Shown here piece by piece: positions 41,643 through 50,538 of a DNA stretch of 64,000 nt. The position numbers were made by a program, and so were the translations under genes. Position 1 is the stretch's first letter. Every line of letters begins with the position of its first letter. This stretch comes from a virus. The stretch lies in the IMG/VR virus record IMGVR_UViG_3300028027_000001. One strand, given 5' to 3'. The notes under the pieces are model-generated. The model worked only from the letters and a program-made list of their open reading frames with translations. It searched no databases and was not told where the DNA came from.

Positions 41643-42449
41643 TTAGGCCTCCACAAATTCACTTGCTATAGCATATAGCTGAGCATTTATTTTAATATCT
41701 TGTTGGAAATTTTTCACTTTACGTGCCTTTCTAATTTTAGTTCCAGACATGTAACTGAAATCACCACCCAATATTTTCTCTTGTATTCTGTTGAATACAG
41801 TAAATAAATCGTTTGGTTTATCCTCTACACGGATTGGTGTTAATAACGCATCTAAATCGATGTTAAGCGCATCAATTTCATCTTCCTCGAAACGTGTCGT
41901 TAATGAGCGTTTCGCTAAGTCTCGCGCCTGATCTTCGCTTAGTTGAGTTGATTTCATTTTATTCATTGATTCAACTGTCAATGGCAGTTGCTCTACCATG
42001 AATTTGATTTTTTCTTGTAATTCCTCAAATGTGTAGTTCATATGACGAATTCGTAATTTATCAAAATCTTGAGTTGATACCACTAGGCCGTTGCTACATA
42101 TTGCTCGGAAGATACCACTCTGAAATGTAAATGAACTAGAACCATCATGGGAATTTGAGATTAGGACGGTTGGGTATACCACATCCCCATCAGCACCGTT
42201 GATAACTAAATCAGGATTTCTGAATATTAATAGGTGTTTTTGGAAACCTTTTCTTTTTCTAGCTTTGATTTCTTTACACTCTGTAACGAAAAAATTCAAT
42301 TTTTCCATATCTTCAATCACCTGTGAAGTAGGGATATGAACATATTTTTCTGACATTCCATCCACTGCACTTTGGGTGAATACTGAAGGAGCTAATGATT
42401 TCATTTCATTTTGGCTCAAAAATTTTGTGTTGTCTAAATTTAAAAACAT
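41643..42449 (-). CDS. DUF932/DUF945 family protein
   Basis: APSVF......S.KY.HIPT, F.KHLL.FR, NSHDGSSSF.FQSGIFR.ICSNG, FNRIQE..L.G. Confidence 0.85.
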   Translation of the reverse strand: MFLNLDNTKFLSQNEMKSLAPSVFTQSAVDGMSEKYVHIPTSQVIEDMEKLNFFVTECKEIKARKRKGFQKHLLIFRNPDLVINGADGDVVYPTVLISNSHDGSSSFTFQSGIFRAICSNGLVVSTQDFDKLRIRHMNYTFEELQEKIKFMVEQLPLTVESMNKMKSTQLSEDQARDLAKRSLTTRFEEDEIDALNIDLDALLTPIRVEDKPNDLFTVFNRIQEKILGGDFSYMSGTKIRKARKVKNFQQDIKINAQLYAIASEFVEA

Positions 42450-42508
42450 AACCTTAATTTTTTAATTATTTATTTTATTTATACTTAAATATACGAATTA
42501 AATTCTAA

Positions 42509-43222
42509 TTAATTTTGTCCTTTTGTTTTTTCAGCATACTCCCATCTATAACCATGGGAAGTTTTCTGTTTTCCTTTCAATGCGCTAGTGATACCCCCAT
42601 TAGTGCCTTTATAACCTAAAGCATTTTCTGCCTGAGTTATTGAATCAAAACGTTGTATTATTTCTCCTTCTAAACTTAATTGATAAACTGGTTTGTTTTT
42701 CTTTTCAAAGAATGATGGTTTATGTTTTTTACCTCTTAATAAGTGGGACCTGTTAGGATATGTTCTAGATTTTCGGGTGGCTATGGTTTTATCTATGACT
42801 TCTTGGGGGACTTTATATCCTAATCTAGCTTTTGATTGGCGTTCCCTAGTTTCAATAGATCTCTTTTTCCCTTTATTAGATTGAGATCTTCTTTTATTTT
42901 GATCCTCAGTCCATACTATTCCCTTATTACCTCCTTCTCCCCCTTCACTAATGTTAACTAACATACCATTGGGATCTACATTTTTTCTCCCAAATTGTTT
43001 GATATAATTAATCTCCATTTCACATGCTTGTGATTTAGTTAAATTTTCATGAACTAATTTTACTGTGGGATCACCATGTTTTTCCACGTATCTTTTCCAT
43101 ATTGGGTTCCTCTCCCCAAAATTATAAGGTCTAGATTTAACTGATCCTATTCCTACATAAAATACTTCTTGTGTTGTAGGGTTTAGGTGAAAATAAACAA
43201 AATATATATTATCTTTTGACAT
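42509..43222 (-). CDS. GIY-YIG homing endonuclease with NUMOD3/NUMOD1 DNA-binding repeats
   Basis: VYFH...FYVGIG, E...I..FGR...LVN.SEGGEG, KGKKRS.ETRER.S, KPVYQ.SLEG.II..FDS...A; start revised to MSKDNIY. Confidence 0.85.
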   Translation of the reverse strand: MSKDNIYFVYFHLNPTTQEVFYVGIGSVKSRPYNFGERNPIWKRYVEKHGDPTVKLVHENLTKSQACEMEINYIKQFGRKNVDPNGMLVNISEGGEGGNKGIVWTEDQNKRRSQSNKGKKRSIETRERQSKARLGYKVPQEVIDKTIATRKSRTYPNRSHLLRGKKHKPSFFEKKNKPVYQLSLEGEIIQRFDSITQAENALGYKGTNGGITSALKGKQKTSHGYRWEYAEKTKGQN

Positions 43223-43444
43223 CGTTTTTGTATGGGAATATACAAAACGATATGTTAACATCCTAGTATTCTTTCTAAAAACCTTTACTTCTTTAATTAT
43301 TTTTATTATGAATCTCTTTTAGTTAATTTAACTCTAATTACTTCTCCTTGACCGACAATGATGTTGCCTATTTTAACTGACTTATCTTTAAGATAAAATG
43401 ATGTTACCTTACCGGCTCTATTCTTAACATATATGTAAGGCATA

Positions 43445-43696
43445 TTATTCTATAGATGTTAAATACTTTAAACAATCATCGATACATTCTTCTATGGTTT
43501 CAAATCCTTCCCAACAACATTCTGCCATAATAGCATTGCCTGGGAGTTGATGGTGTTTCCATATTATTCTATTTTCCCATTCACCACCCATTCGTTTAAT
43601 GGTATTTTGGAATGATATTGAATGTCCTGATTCAAATACTTGATTAAATTTTTCTGCTAGCATGTTATTTTGTCCTTTAATTATAACGTTAACCAT
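43445..43696 (-). CDS. hypothetical protein
   Basis: ORF in array; start uncertain. Confidence 0.6.
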   Translation of the reverse strand: MVNVIIKGQNNMLAEKFNQVFESGHSISFQNTIKRMGGEWENRIIWKHHQLPGNAIMAECCWEGFETIEECIDDCLKYLTSIE

Positions 43697-44070
43697 CCTC
43701 TATCAATTAAGTATCTAACAACACATTTTAGTTCTGATATTCCTTGTTTTGATAGTGATTCTTGAGCTGATTCTATGGATTCAATATCATTCTTTAATAC
43801 TCCTATTAAAAACTTATCGTTATCCCATATATCTTCAGTCCATTCTGTTCTATCAGAGTGCCGTTTATCAGTAAATTTAATAACAAGCCCGTCATAGAAC
43901 GTTTCATCATCTCGATACATTCTCTCTACTTCAAATACACACTCATCAGTTTCAAATGTTAACCCTTCAGTGTGAACTGGGTTTAGTTCGATGCTGTCTT
44001 CGGGTTGGGTTGGTTGTAAATCTTCTCTAACATACCAAACACCATTAATTTCTACTCTGTCCATAACCAT
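43681..44070 (-). CDS. early hypothetical protein
   Basis: INGVWYVRE motif; promoter upstream. Confidence 0.7.
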   Translation of the reverse strand: MVMDRVEINGVWYVREDLQPTQPEDSIELNPVHTEGLTFETDECVFEVERMYRDDETFYDGLVIKFTDKRHSDRTEWTEDIWDNDKFLIGVLKNDIESIESAQESLSKQGISELKCVVRYLIDRGWLTL

Positions 44071-44106
44071 TTTTATTTATTTTTTAATTTAACTGAATAT
44101 ACGGCT

Positions 44107-44301
44107 TTATTTTTGAGTAACTTTGTCCCTCACTAATCTTACGTATCCTGTTTTCTTAAATCTACATTTATCAAATGTCATTTCATACCCTAAATCACAT
44201 ACCACAGTATATCCGTGTTGTGTTTCAGCTAGTACTTGGTATTGTTGGTTTTTAGTTAAATAATCTTCCATTCCATTAATGTAGTTCCCGTAAACAATCA
44301 T
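44107..44301 (-). CDS. hypothetical protein
   Basis: ORF in array. Confidence 0.6.
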   Translation of the reverse strand: MIVYGNYINGMEDYLTKNQQYQVLAETQHGYTVVCDLGYEMTFDKCRFKKTGYVRLVRDKVTQK

Positions 44302-44327
44302 AATTAATCCGTTTTATTTAATTATAA

Positions 44328-44615
44328 CTATTTCTTTATTATTTCAAAGTTATTTAATTTTAACCATTCTAGGAATTCTACTACATCCCATTCTTTAGGA
44401 TCCAATTCCCCCATCACACCATCACCAAATTGTTCAATAAACCTATTCAAATATGAATTTTCTATTTCATCACTAAAGTGAAATTGATTATTATGAGTAA
44501 ATGCTAATGCAGTTGGTTCATTTTCAATATCTTCTTGGGTGGTTTGAGGTAATTTACCTTCTTCCCTCAATATGTCTATACGAGCAAATACTCGTGCTAT
44601 GTCTTCGTTATTCAT
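44328..44615 (-). CDS. hypothetical protein
   Basis: ORF in array. Confidence 0.65.
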   Translation of the reverse strand: MNNEDIARVFARIDILREEGKLPQTTQEDIENEPTALAFTHNNQFHFSDEIENSYLNRFIEQFGDGVMGELDPKEWDVVEFLEWLKLNNFEIIKK

Positions 44616-44621
44616 AATATA

Positions 44622-45155
44622 TTATCTTTCAATTCCTAATTCTTCTAATGTTACTGGAGTGTAGTCTACATGCTCACAAGATACGCAGTGGTACCTATCG
44701 TCAGGCACTTCAGTATAAGACATTCCCGTCATCCATTCATCAACCCACTGAGTTTTCATTATCCGTTCTTCATGTATATGTCCGTGTATATTTCTAGGTA
44801 CTCTAAATTCAAGTTCACGCTCATGTACAGGACAATGTGTTAACCATAACCCTTTATATCGAATCATCCCCGATACACTATGAACATATTTTAATAGTTC
44901 GGGTATGTCTTTAGCCATATCGTGGTTACCTAATACAACGCGTTTAAGTCCGTTCATTCTGTTTAGTAATGGGTATGGTTTACTGGATTCCATAGTTACA
45001 TCACCTAAGATATAAACTGTGTCACGTTTGGATACTTTCTTATTCCATTGTGAAATAATATGTTCGTCGTGTTCTTCGGCTGTAGAGAAACCACGTTTTT
45101 TAGCCATGTTTAAGTGGCCTAGATGTAGGTCTGCTATCATAAAAACTTTACTCAT
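44622..45155 (-). CDS. calcineurin-like metallophosphoesterase
   Basis: ADLHLGH, LGD, GNHD, THCP, HGHIH. Confidence 0.9.
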   Translation of the reverse strand: MSKVFMIADLHLGHLNMAKKRGFSTAEEHDEHIISQWNKKVSKRDTVYILGDVTMESSKPYPLLNRMNGLKRVVLGNHDMAKDIPELLKYVHSVSGMIRYKGLWLTHCPVHERELEFRVPRNIHGHIHEERIMKTQWVDEWMTGMSYTEVPDDRYHCVSCEHVDYTPVTLEELGIER

Positions 45156-45193
45156 AACTTTAATTTTTATTGAATATACGAACTATATTTTAA

Positions 45194-45646
45194 TTATTTT
45201 AGTCCTTCTCTCACTTCTTTAATATGTTTACAATTCTGTTTTGATCGAATGGCACCAAAACAATTACATTTTAATCCATTCGGTGTCATTCTTACCTCAT
45301 AAAAACCACCACCACTAGATGATTCAAATTTCCAGGTTTTAGGTTTTTCGATTGGTTTAGGTTCGGTAACCGGTTTTTCTCCAATAATATCTAAATCTTT
45401 GTATCGAGTGTGAGGAACACATTCAATTCCGTATGGAATTATTACCCATTTATTCAAAGCAGCATAATGTACAACGCCTATCGCTTTGGTAGGATGTTTA
45501 GGTACCTTATATTTGAACGGTTTATGATATGCGGACTGGATATTGTCGCGTTGTGGGTATAAAATGGCTTGCTCACCTGGTTTGGTGTGTATTATTTTGT
45601 GTTCGGTTCTACCGTCTTTGTATTCGATGTGGAGTTCGTGTAACAT
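45194..45646 (-). CDS. SWIM zinc-finger protein (start revised to MLHELH)
   Basis: YEV.....CNC........CKHI; promoter and leader lie inside the longer ORF call. Confidence 0.8.
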   Translation of the reverse strand: MLHELHIEYKDGRTEHKIIHTKPGEQAILYPQRDNIQSAYHKPFKYKVPKHPTKAIGVVHYAALNKWVIIPYGIECVPHTRYKDLDIIGEKPVTEPKPIEKPKTWKFESSSGGGFYEVRMTPNGLKCNCFGAIRSKQNCKHIKEVREGLK

Positions 45647-45701
45647 AACCTTTATTTTTATAAGTGGAATATACGAAAGGATTATCGGTAATAAGCGTCC
45701 T

Positions 45702-45902
45702 TTATTGGCTGTATTTCTCACTAGCTTTTAAGGCACTTGGAAGATAATCCCAACAACCACCTGTATTAACTTCTTTACCATTAACAGACATTATGGTATA
45801 GGCCCATTCATTATAGTGATTTTGTTCATGAATAATAACAGAATCCCCTTTTGAATTTTTAGTGTGGATTTTTCTGTAAGAAACATATTTATTTTTACCC
45901 AT
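45702..45902 (-). CDS. hypothetical protein
   Basis: ORF in array. Confidence 0.55.
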   Translation of the reverse strand: MGKNKYVSYRKIHTKNSKGDSVIIHEQNHYNEWAYTIMSVNGKEVNTGGCWDYLPSALKASEKYSQ

Positions 45903-45904
45903 GA

Positions 45905-46417
45905 TTAATTTATTTTAGGATTACTAATTAAATTAGATTCTTCACCCCAAGAAGTTACCATTAAAAAACCTCCTTTAACTTTGCAAAAGACTATAGGATC
46001 AGGATCAAATTCAGCCGCGGCTCCAAACATAGTATGTGGAGCTAAAATATGGAAATGTGCTATTATTGAAGAACCATCAGATAACCACTCTCCTTCTGTT
46101 AAGTATTTTTTATCAATTTTAAAATTAAGAATGTCTTGTATATTTTTATATGGTATTGAATAAATATAATTATTAGATGTTCTAAATCTTAAATTTTGGT
46201 TTTCTACTAAAATTTCATTTATATTTTCTTCAGTTACAAATGGATTTTGAGGGAATAATAATTCATATACTCTAATTAAATCTTTAAACTCTTCTCGAAT
46301 TAAAAAATCATCAACTGTGGTTGTTTTATTAAACCCTAAATCAATAAGTTTTTTACAATCATCAATTGTTAACTCATTGGATTGTTTAATTTTTTCTAAA
46401 ACTAATTCTTTTAACAT
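45905..46417 (-). CDS. hypothetical protein
   Basis: DPIVFC.VKGGFL.VTSWG.E motif. Confidence 0.75.
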   Translation of the reverse strand: MLKELVLEKIKQSNELTIDDCKKLIDLGFNKTTTVDDFLIREEFKDLIRVYELLFPQNPFVTEENINEILVENQNLRFRTSNNYIYSIPYKNIQDILNFKIDKKYLTEGEWLSDGSSIIAHFHILAPHTMFGAAAEFDPDPIVFCKVKGGFLMVTSWGEESNLISNPKIN

Positions 46418-46466
46418 AACCTTTATTTTTTGTAAGTGAAATATATGATATTATTAGGGATAATTA

Positions 46467-46670
46467 TTAGATGCTATTATTGTATGTTTCACTGTAATAC
46501 TTATACCCTGTTTTAAATTCCTCTTCTTGTAGTTTTGCCTCTACCTTACCACATCTGTACGCGCGTACTATTTGGTGTTTTTCCATTTGAAATGCTTGAT
46601 CAACTAAATCAGATTCAATAAATCTTGTTTTATGTATTTCAGATATTAACCATTCTACTGCTGTTTTCAT
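46467..46670 (-). CDS. MKTAVE-family small hypothetical protein
   Basis: MKTAVEWL...QA..MEK.QI..AY..G...YY.ETY. Confidence 0.7.
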   Translation of the reverse strand: MKTAVEWLISEIHKTRFIESDLVDQAFQMEKHQIVRAYRCGKVEAKLQEEEFKTGYKYYSETYNNSI

Positions 46671-46724
46671 ATTTTTTTATTTGATTAAATATACGAAAGG
46701 ATTATCGGTAATAGACGTCCTTTA

Positions 46725-46994
46725 TCATTTATTTTTATATTCGTCAATATAATAAGCACAACCAAAAATTAACCCTACTAATAGTAAAATTCTATCAACC
46801 CAAGTTGCACCTACGAAAGGTAGTGGAAAGTGTGTGGGTAATTTCCCCGTTACAAAACTACCAATGATTAATAAACTATACATCAAACCATAGAATGCAT
46901 AGAATGGTGCTAGAACCATATGAAATACATTTATGTATTTAAATAATGTTTTAAAGAACATTACAATACCTAGTGAATTAAATAAATCTTTCAT
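46725..46994 (-). CDS. membrane protein (start revised to MKDLFNSLG)
   Basis: Multiple TM segments; promoter and terminator lie in the 5' extension. Confidence 0.65.
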   Translation of the reverse strand: MKDLFNSLGIVMFFKTLFKYINVFHMVLAPFYAFYGLMYSLLIIGSFVTGKLPTHFPLPFVGATWVDRILLLVGLIFGCAYYIDEYKNK

Positions 46995-47028
46995 AACTTT
47001 TAATTTTATAGGTGAAATATATGAATAA

Positions 47029-47054
47029 AAAATGGAGAACAAACGTCCTCCATT
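47029..47054 (-). terminator. intrinsic terminator overlapping an early promoter
   Basis: AATGGAG-gacgtttgtt-CTCCATT-TTTT. Confidence 0.65.
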
Positions 47055-47138
47055 AAAATCCAAGATAGTTAGCTCATTTCTATCCCACGTGTTTGTTCGG
47101 AAGTTCACTCTCCTTGATATGCATTGTGTGGTGGATTT

Positions 47139-47354
47139 TTATAATTTAAAAAATCGTTTTTTATAAAAACTGTGTGGTGATTGTACATCATCATGCCATT
47201 CATCGTATGGCCGAGCATGGAAGCCACCAAATGATAATGATTTGTAAATAACTAATACTTCATCTGTTGTTGTGTGGTTACACATTCCAACTATTTCGTA
47301 CTGGCCCCCTTTATAGTGCTGCCAAATTTCTCCTGGTTGTGGGTATTTTTTCAT
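47139..47354 (-). CDS. DUF1653 family protein
   Basis: PG..WQHYKGG.Y......HT.T.E.LVIY.SL....ARP. Confidence 0.85.
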   Translation of the reverse strand: MKKYPQPGEIWQHYKGGQYEIVGMCNHTTTDEVLVIYKSLSFGGFHARPYDEWHDDVQSPHSFYKKRFFKL

Positions 47355-47358
47355 AATT

Positions 47359-47847
47359 TTAATGGTTTACTATATTTTGTAGTGCATTGTGAATTGCATT
47401 ATATCGTGAAGCATATTCTAAATATTCTTCTTCTGGTATTTGTGTGTATTCTTTTAATTGTTTTTCAGTATATGATGAATTAACATGTCCTGATTCAAAT
47501 TCTCTGTGATTAACACCCATTATGGAATTAAAATTATATATATCACCGTTTAATGCATAAGTGCGTTCCCATCTGTCTGTATATGATTCTGGGTTAATTG
47601 ATTTGATATACATAACAGATAATTCTGTTGCACCAAACCTGCTATCATTATCATGAAATTTTAAATATACATTTGTATATCTTTTAATTACCTTATTATC
47701 TTGTTTTATAAGATTTTCTTCATATTTCTCAATATTACTACTAGCTTTTTCTAATAAATCTTTTACTGACATGTTTTTATCAATATCAGAATTTTCTAAT
47801 ATTTCAATTAATTGTCTACTTTTACGAATATTTACAACATCTTTCAT
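47359..47847 (-). CDS. hypothetical protein
   Basis: ORF in operon. Confidence 0.7.
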   Translation of the reverse strand: MKDVVNIRKSRQLIEILENSDIDKNMSVKDLLEKASSNIEKYEENLIKQDNKVIKRYTNVYLKFHDNDSRFGATELSVMYIKSINPESYTDRWERTYALNGDIYNFNSIMGVNHREFESGHVNSSYTEKQLKEYTQIPEEEYLEYASRYNAIHNALQNIVNH

Positions 47848-47859
47848 AATTTTATTTTT

Positions 47860-48054
47860 CTATAATTTTATTGATTTAATTTCTCCAGTTTTAACAAACT
47901 CCTCTAACAACTCAACAAATTTAATTGCAATTTGTTTTTTTAATGCTTTTTTCTTTTTACGAGGTAAAAATTCTAATTGTATCACCTCGGGAATAAATGG
48001 TACTAGCATTTCAGTTTCGAAATACAATTTCTTTTTAGTTACTTTTGCTTTCAT
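47860..48054 (-). CDS. small basic hypothetical protein
   Basis: LPRKKKKALKK; coupled ORF. Confidence 0.6.
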   Translation of the reverse strand: MKAKVTKKKLYFETEMLVPFIPEVIQLEFLPRKKKKALKKQIAIKFVELLEEFVKTGEIKSIKL

Positions 48055-48311
48055 GACAATTTAATTCTAGGTTCATAAGTTGATGTATTTTGGAGTGCTT
48101 GTCTATACTTAATGTATAATTCGTTTAATACTTCATGGTAAAAATTTAAACTTTCCTCAGTTTGTAATATGTCTTCAATAGCCATTTCCACTAAGAAAAT
48201 TGTATCTTCAATTTGCCTTAAACCCCAATAACCCATTAAATCATCTGGTTGTTTGTTTAATGGTGTTTCGTTAATAAGCCTATATGCTTCTGTTTTTGCG
48301 TCTAATGTCAT
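48051..48311 (-). CDS. hypothetical protein
   Basis: Coupled ORF. Confidence 0.65.
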   Translation of the reverse strand: MTLDAKTEAYRLINETPLNKQPDDLMGYWGLRQIEDTIFLVEMAIEDILQTEESLNFYHEVLNELYIKYRQALQNTSTYEPRIKLS

Positions 48312-48316
48312 AACTT

Positions 48317-48544
48317 TTATTTTTTTAAATCAATAATCCAATTTCCTATTTGGTATAATAATCGTAGCATTAAGTAAATGTAACCTATAGCTATTACTAC
48401 AAACATTCCGTTAAAAAATACGACAATAATATCTTTTCTATTTATTTCACGGATTGAATCCATCATAAAAAGCCATAGTAAACCTATAAAATAAACTATA
48501 GTACATACTCCTATTACACCCAATAATCCCATTAAAATTTCCAT
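48317..48544 (-). CDS. small membrane protein
   Basis: Two TM helices. Confidence 0.65.
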   Translation of the reverse strand: MEILMGLLGVIGVCTIVYFIGLLWLFMMDSIREINRKDIIVVFFNGMFVVIAIGYIYLMLRLLYQIGNWIIDLKK

Positions 48545-48549
48545 AACCT

Positions 48550-48882
48550 TTATTTATTGATGAAATATACGCTTTTTACTTTATTTGCTTCCATCCTTCT
48601 TTCTTGTTCTTTATGAAATTCAATTACATCATTTGCTTCTTGTTCGGTATGGAAAGGTGAAGGTGGGATGTGGTGGTGGATACTTATTGCTAATATTGTA
48701 CGTTTACTATTTATGGGTATAATATCTAGCTCCTCTACATATTGGGGATATAAGTATTTCCAATCTAACCAAGGATAAACTGAATGTTTACCGATTGTTA
48801 ATTTGGGTGTTGCTACTTGAGGGATGTATTGTTTTTCACCGTTGTTTTTCTCCTCTACTTTAATTCTGTATTCGTATCTCAT
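48550..48882 (-). CDS. hypothetical protein
   Basis: ORF with leader. Confidence 0.7.
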   Translation of the reverse strand: MRYEYRIKVEEKNNGEKQYIPQVATPKLTIGKHSVYPWLDWKYLYPQYVEELDIIPINSKRTILAISIHHHIPPSPFHTEQEANDVIEFHKEQERRMEANKVKSVYFINK

Positions 48883-48886
48883 AACC

Positions 48887-49108
48887 TTATTTTAATTTAT
48901 TTAAACAGTTTTTACATAGTATATCTTCAGAAATAATTTCTCTAGTGGGTTCTTTTAAAGGTAAATATAAAGCCCAATTCACATTTTCATATTGAATATA
49001 AGCCCAATTAAAATTTCTTGATTTAACATTGCATAGGGAGGCATTATTTGTAGTTCCTTCGAATAGATGCCACTTTTTGCTGGTAATACCTAAATTATAT
49101 TTTTTCAT
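48887..49108 (-). CDS. small putative zinc-binding protein
   Basis: WH...LC...CKNC. Confidence 0.6.
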   Translation of the reverse strand: MKKYNLGITSKKWHLFEGTTNNASLCNVKSRNFNWAYIQYENVNWALYLPLKEPTREIISEDILCKNCLNKLK

Positions 49109-49311
49109 GACTTCATATCTAATTTTAATCTGTTGATAGGCAATAAACTGATTTGTTTATATTCTCTGCTATTTGGATATGGTTGATAAGTAGCTGATGG
49201 GTGGATACAATAGGCCTCATTGTTATTGGTTGGGTTTAATCCTATAAAAATAAAAGTTAATCCACCCGCATATTTAACTCTATCACCATTCTTAAAATCT
49301 ATATTTTCCAT
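49105..49311 (-). CDS. hypothetical protein
   Basis: Coupled ORF. Confidence 0.6.
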   Translation of the reverse strand: MENIDFKNGDRVKYAGGLTFIFIGLNPTNNNEAYCIHPSATYQPYPNSREYKQISLLPINRLKLDMKS

Positions 49312-49317
49312 AACTTT

Positions 49318-49602
49318 TTATTTTATTGCATTAGATAATTGTGATTGAGCTTCTAGATAAACATCATTGAAATGTTTTTCTGTAGTTAAGCATGTTTCAA
49401 AAATATAATTTTCTACTTGGAAATTCTCCTCTATGGATATAGTTAATTGATTCCATTCGTGTTTAATGGTGATTTTGTTATGTTCTGTAATTTTAACCAA
49501 TTCATCTAGACCCATTTCATCCTGAAAATATAAATACACGGGTAAATCTAAATTTGTTTCAATTTCTTCTACTTTTCTTTTAATTACTTTTAGTTTACTC
49601 AT
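49318..49602 (-). CDS. early hypothetical protein
   Basis: Promoter plus leader. Confidence 0.7.
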   Translation of the reverse strand: MSKLKVIKRKVEEIETNLDLPVYLYFQDEMGLDELVKITEHNKITIKHEWNQLTISIEENFQVENYIFETCLTTEKHFNDVYLEAQSQLSNAIK

Positions 49603-49801
49603 AACCTTATTTTTGATTGAATATACGAAAAAATATTTGGTAAGACAAATGAAGGCGACAATTTCTTGCCGCCTTACTTACTAGGTCACCGATGCCTCCT
49701 AGCGTGATGGGTTATTTAATGTCATTTTGTCTAATTTCACTTTACGTGACATAGTCGCAGGGTCCCATTTAACTGACAAAACCCGATTCGGTATTAAGGT
49801 G

Positions 49802-49909
49802 TAGTTAGGACAGGATTCGAACCTGTGCAGGGTGTCATCCCCCGGAGCATCTAAAGTTTTGACGTACTTATTATTGAGCTCCTGCATTACCACTTTCTGC
49901 CATCTAACT
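49802..49909 (-). ncRNA. tRNA-like element C (108 nt; 29-nt anticodon loop, long variable arm)
   Basis: AGTTAGA/CCTAACT acceptor, GCA/TGC D-stem, GGAGC/GCTCC stem, GGGG/CCCT variable arm, ACAGG-TTCGAAT-CCTGT T-arm, A73. Confidence 0.75.
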
Positions 49910-50053
49910 ATTCCATAAATTGGTTCCGTAAGCATTTTTTGATATTGAAATTCTTATTACTACAAAAGGCAGTTGAATAACAATTTGCCCATCATAACAA
50001 ATACCTAAAGTTATTTGCCATTTTCTATAAATGCTTAATCTATATTCTCCCAT
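49904..50053 (-). CDS. 49-aa hypothetical protein inside the ncRNA cluster
   Basis: Manual translation MGEYRLSIYRKWQITLGICYDGQIVIQLPFVVIRISISKNAYGTNLWNS; A-rich leader. Confidence 0.5.
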   Translation of the reverse strand: MGEYRLSIYRKWQITLGICYDGQIVIQLPFVVIRISISKNAYGTNLWNS

Positions 50054-50074
50054 TATATTTATTTTAATTTTTAG

Positions 50075-50140
50075 TAGTTAGGATAGGAATTGAACCTACT
50101 GCCGATTTTTCACGAGGGCCACCATTGCCACTACCTAACT
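50075..50140 (-). ncRNA. tRNA-like element D (66 nt; no recognisable anticodon arm)
   Basis: AGTTAGG/CCTAACT acceptor, GGC/GCC D-like stem, GTAGG-TTCAATT-CCTAT T-arm, A73. Confidence 0.65.
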
Positions 50141-50259
50141 TTAAACCAAATGCTTTAGTCGCCCGGAATCCATCTGGGGCTTATTACTAGATAACTTGTA
50201 GCTTACTTACCATGGTTCATACCGTTGCTACTAGGAAACCCAACATTGCATTTTATTAG

Positions 50260-50370
50260 TGGTGAGAACAGGACTCGAACCTATATGATAGCTGCAAGCA
50301 GTCTCCACGCTGGATACATTTTAGTGCACCATAACTATCTTTTCGCGTCTACCAATTCCGCCATCTCACC
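50260..50370 (-). ncRNA. tRNA-like element E (111 nt; tRNA-Leu-type D arm, replaced middle)
   Basis: GGTGAGA/TCTCACC acceptor, TGGCGGAATTGGTAGACGCG D arm, ATAGG-TTCGAGT-CCTGT T-arm, A73. Confidence 0.75.
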
Positions 50371-50538
50371 TTAATTACAGTAGGTTGTAAGGTACTTGTT
50401 AGTTAGACTTTCTCTTACCCCTTTATTAACCTGTATCAAAAATTTTTATTTTGGACCTAACTGGTGGAAACTTGAAAAAACCACCTCACGTATAGTACAC
50501 TCACCTAAGAACTACCAAAGACTTATGCCTAACTGTCG

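Noticed and set aside
49699-49935. 78-aa minus-strand ORF, plus ORFs 33139-33333 and 50570-50767
   Set aside because: They run through tRNA-like elements; the RNA structure explains the sequence better.
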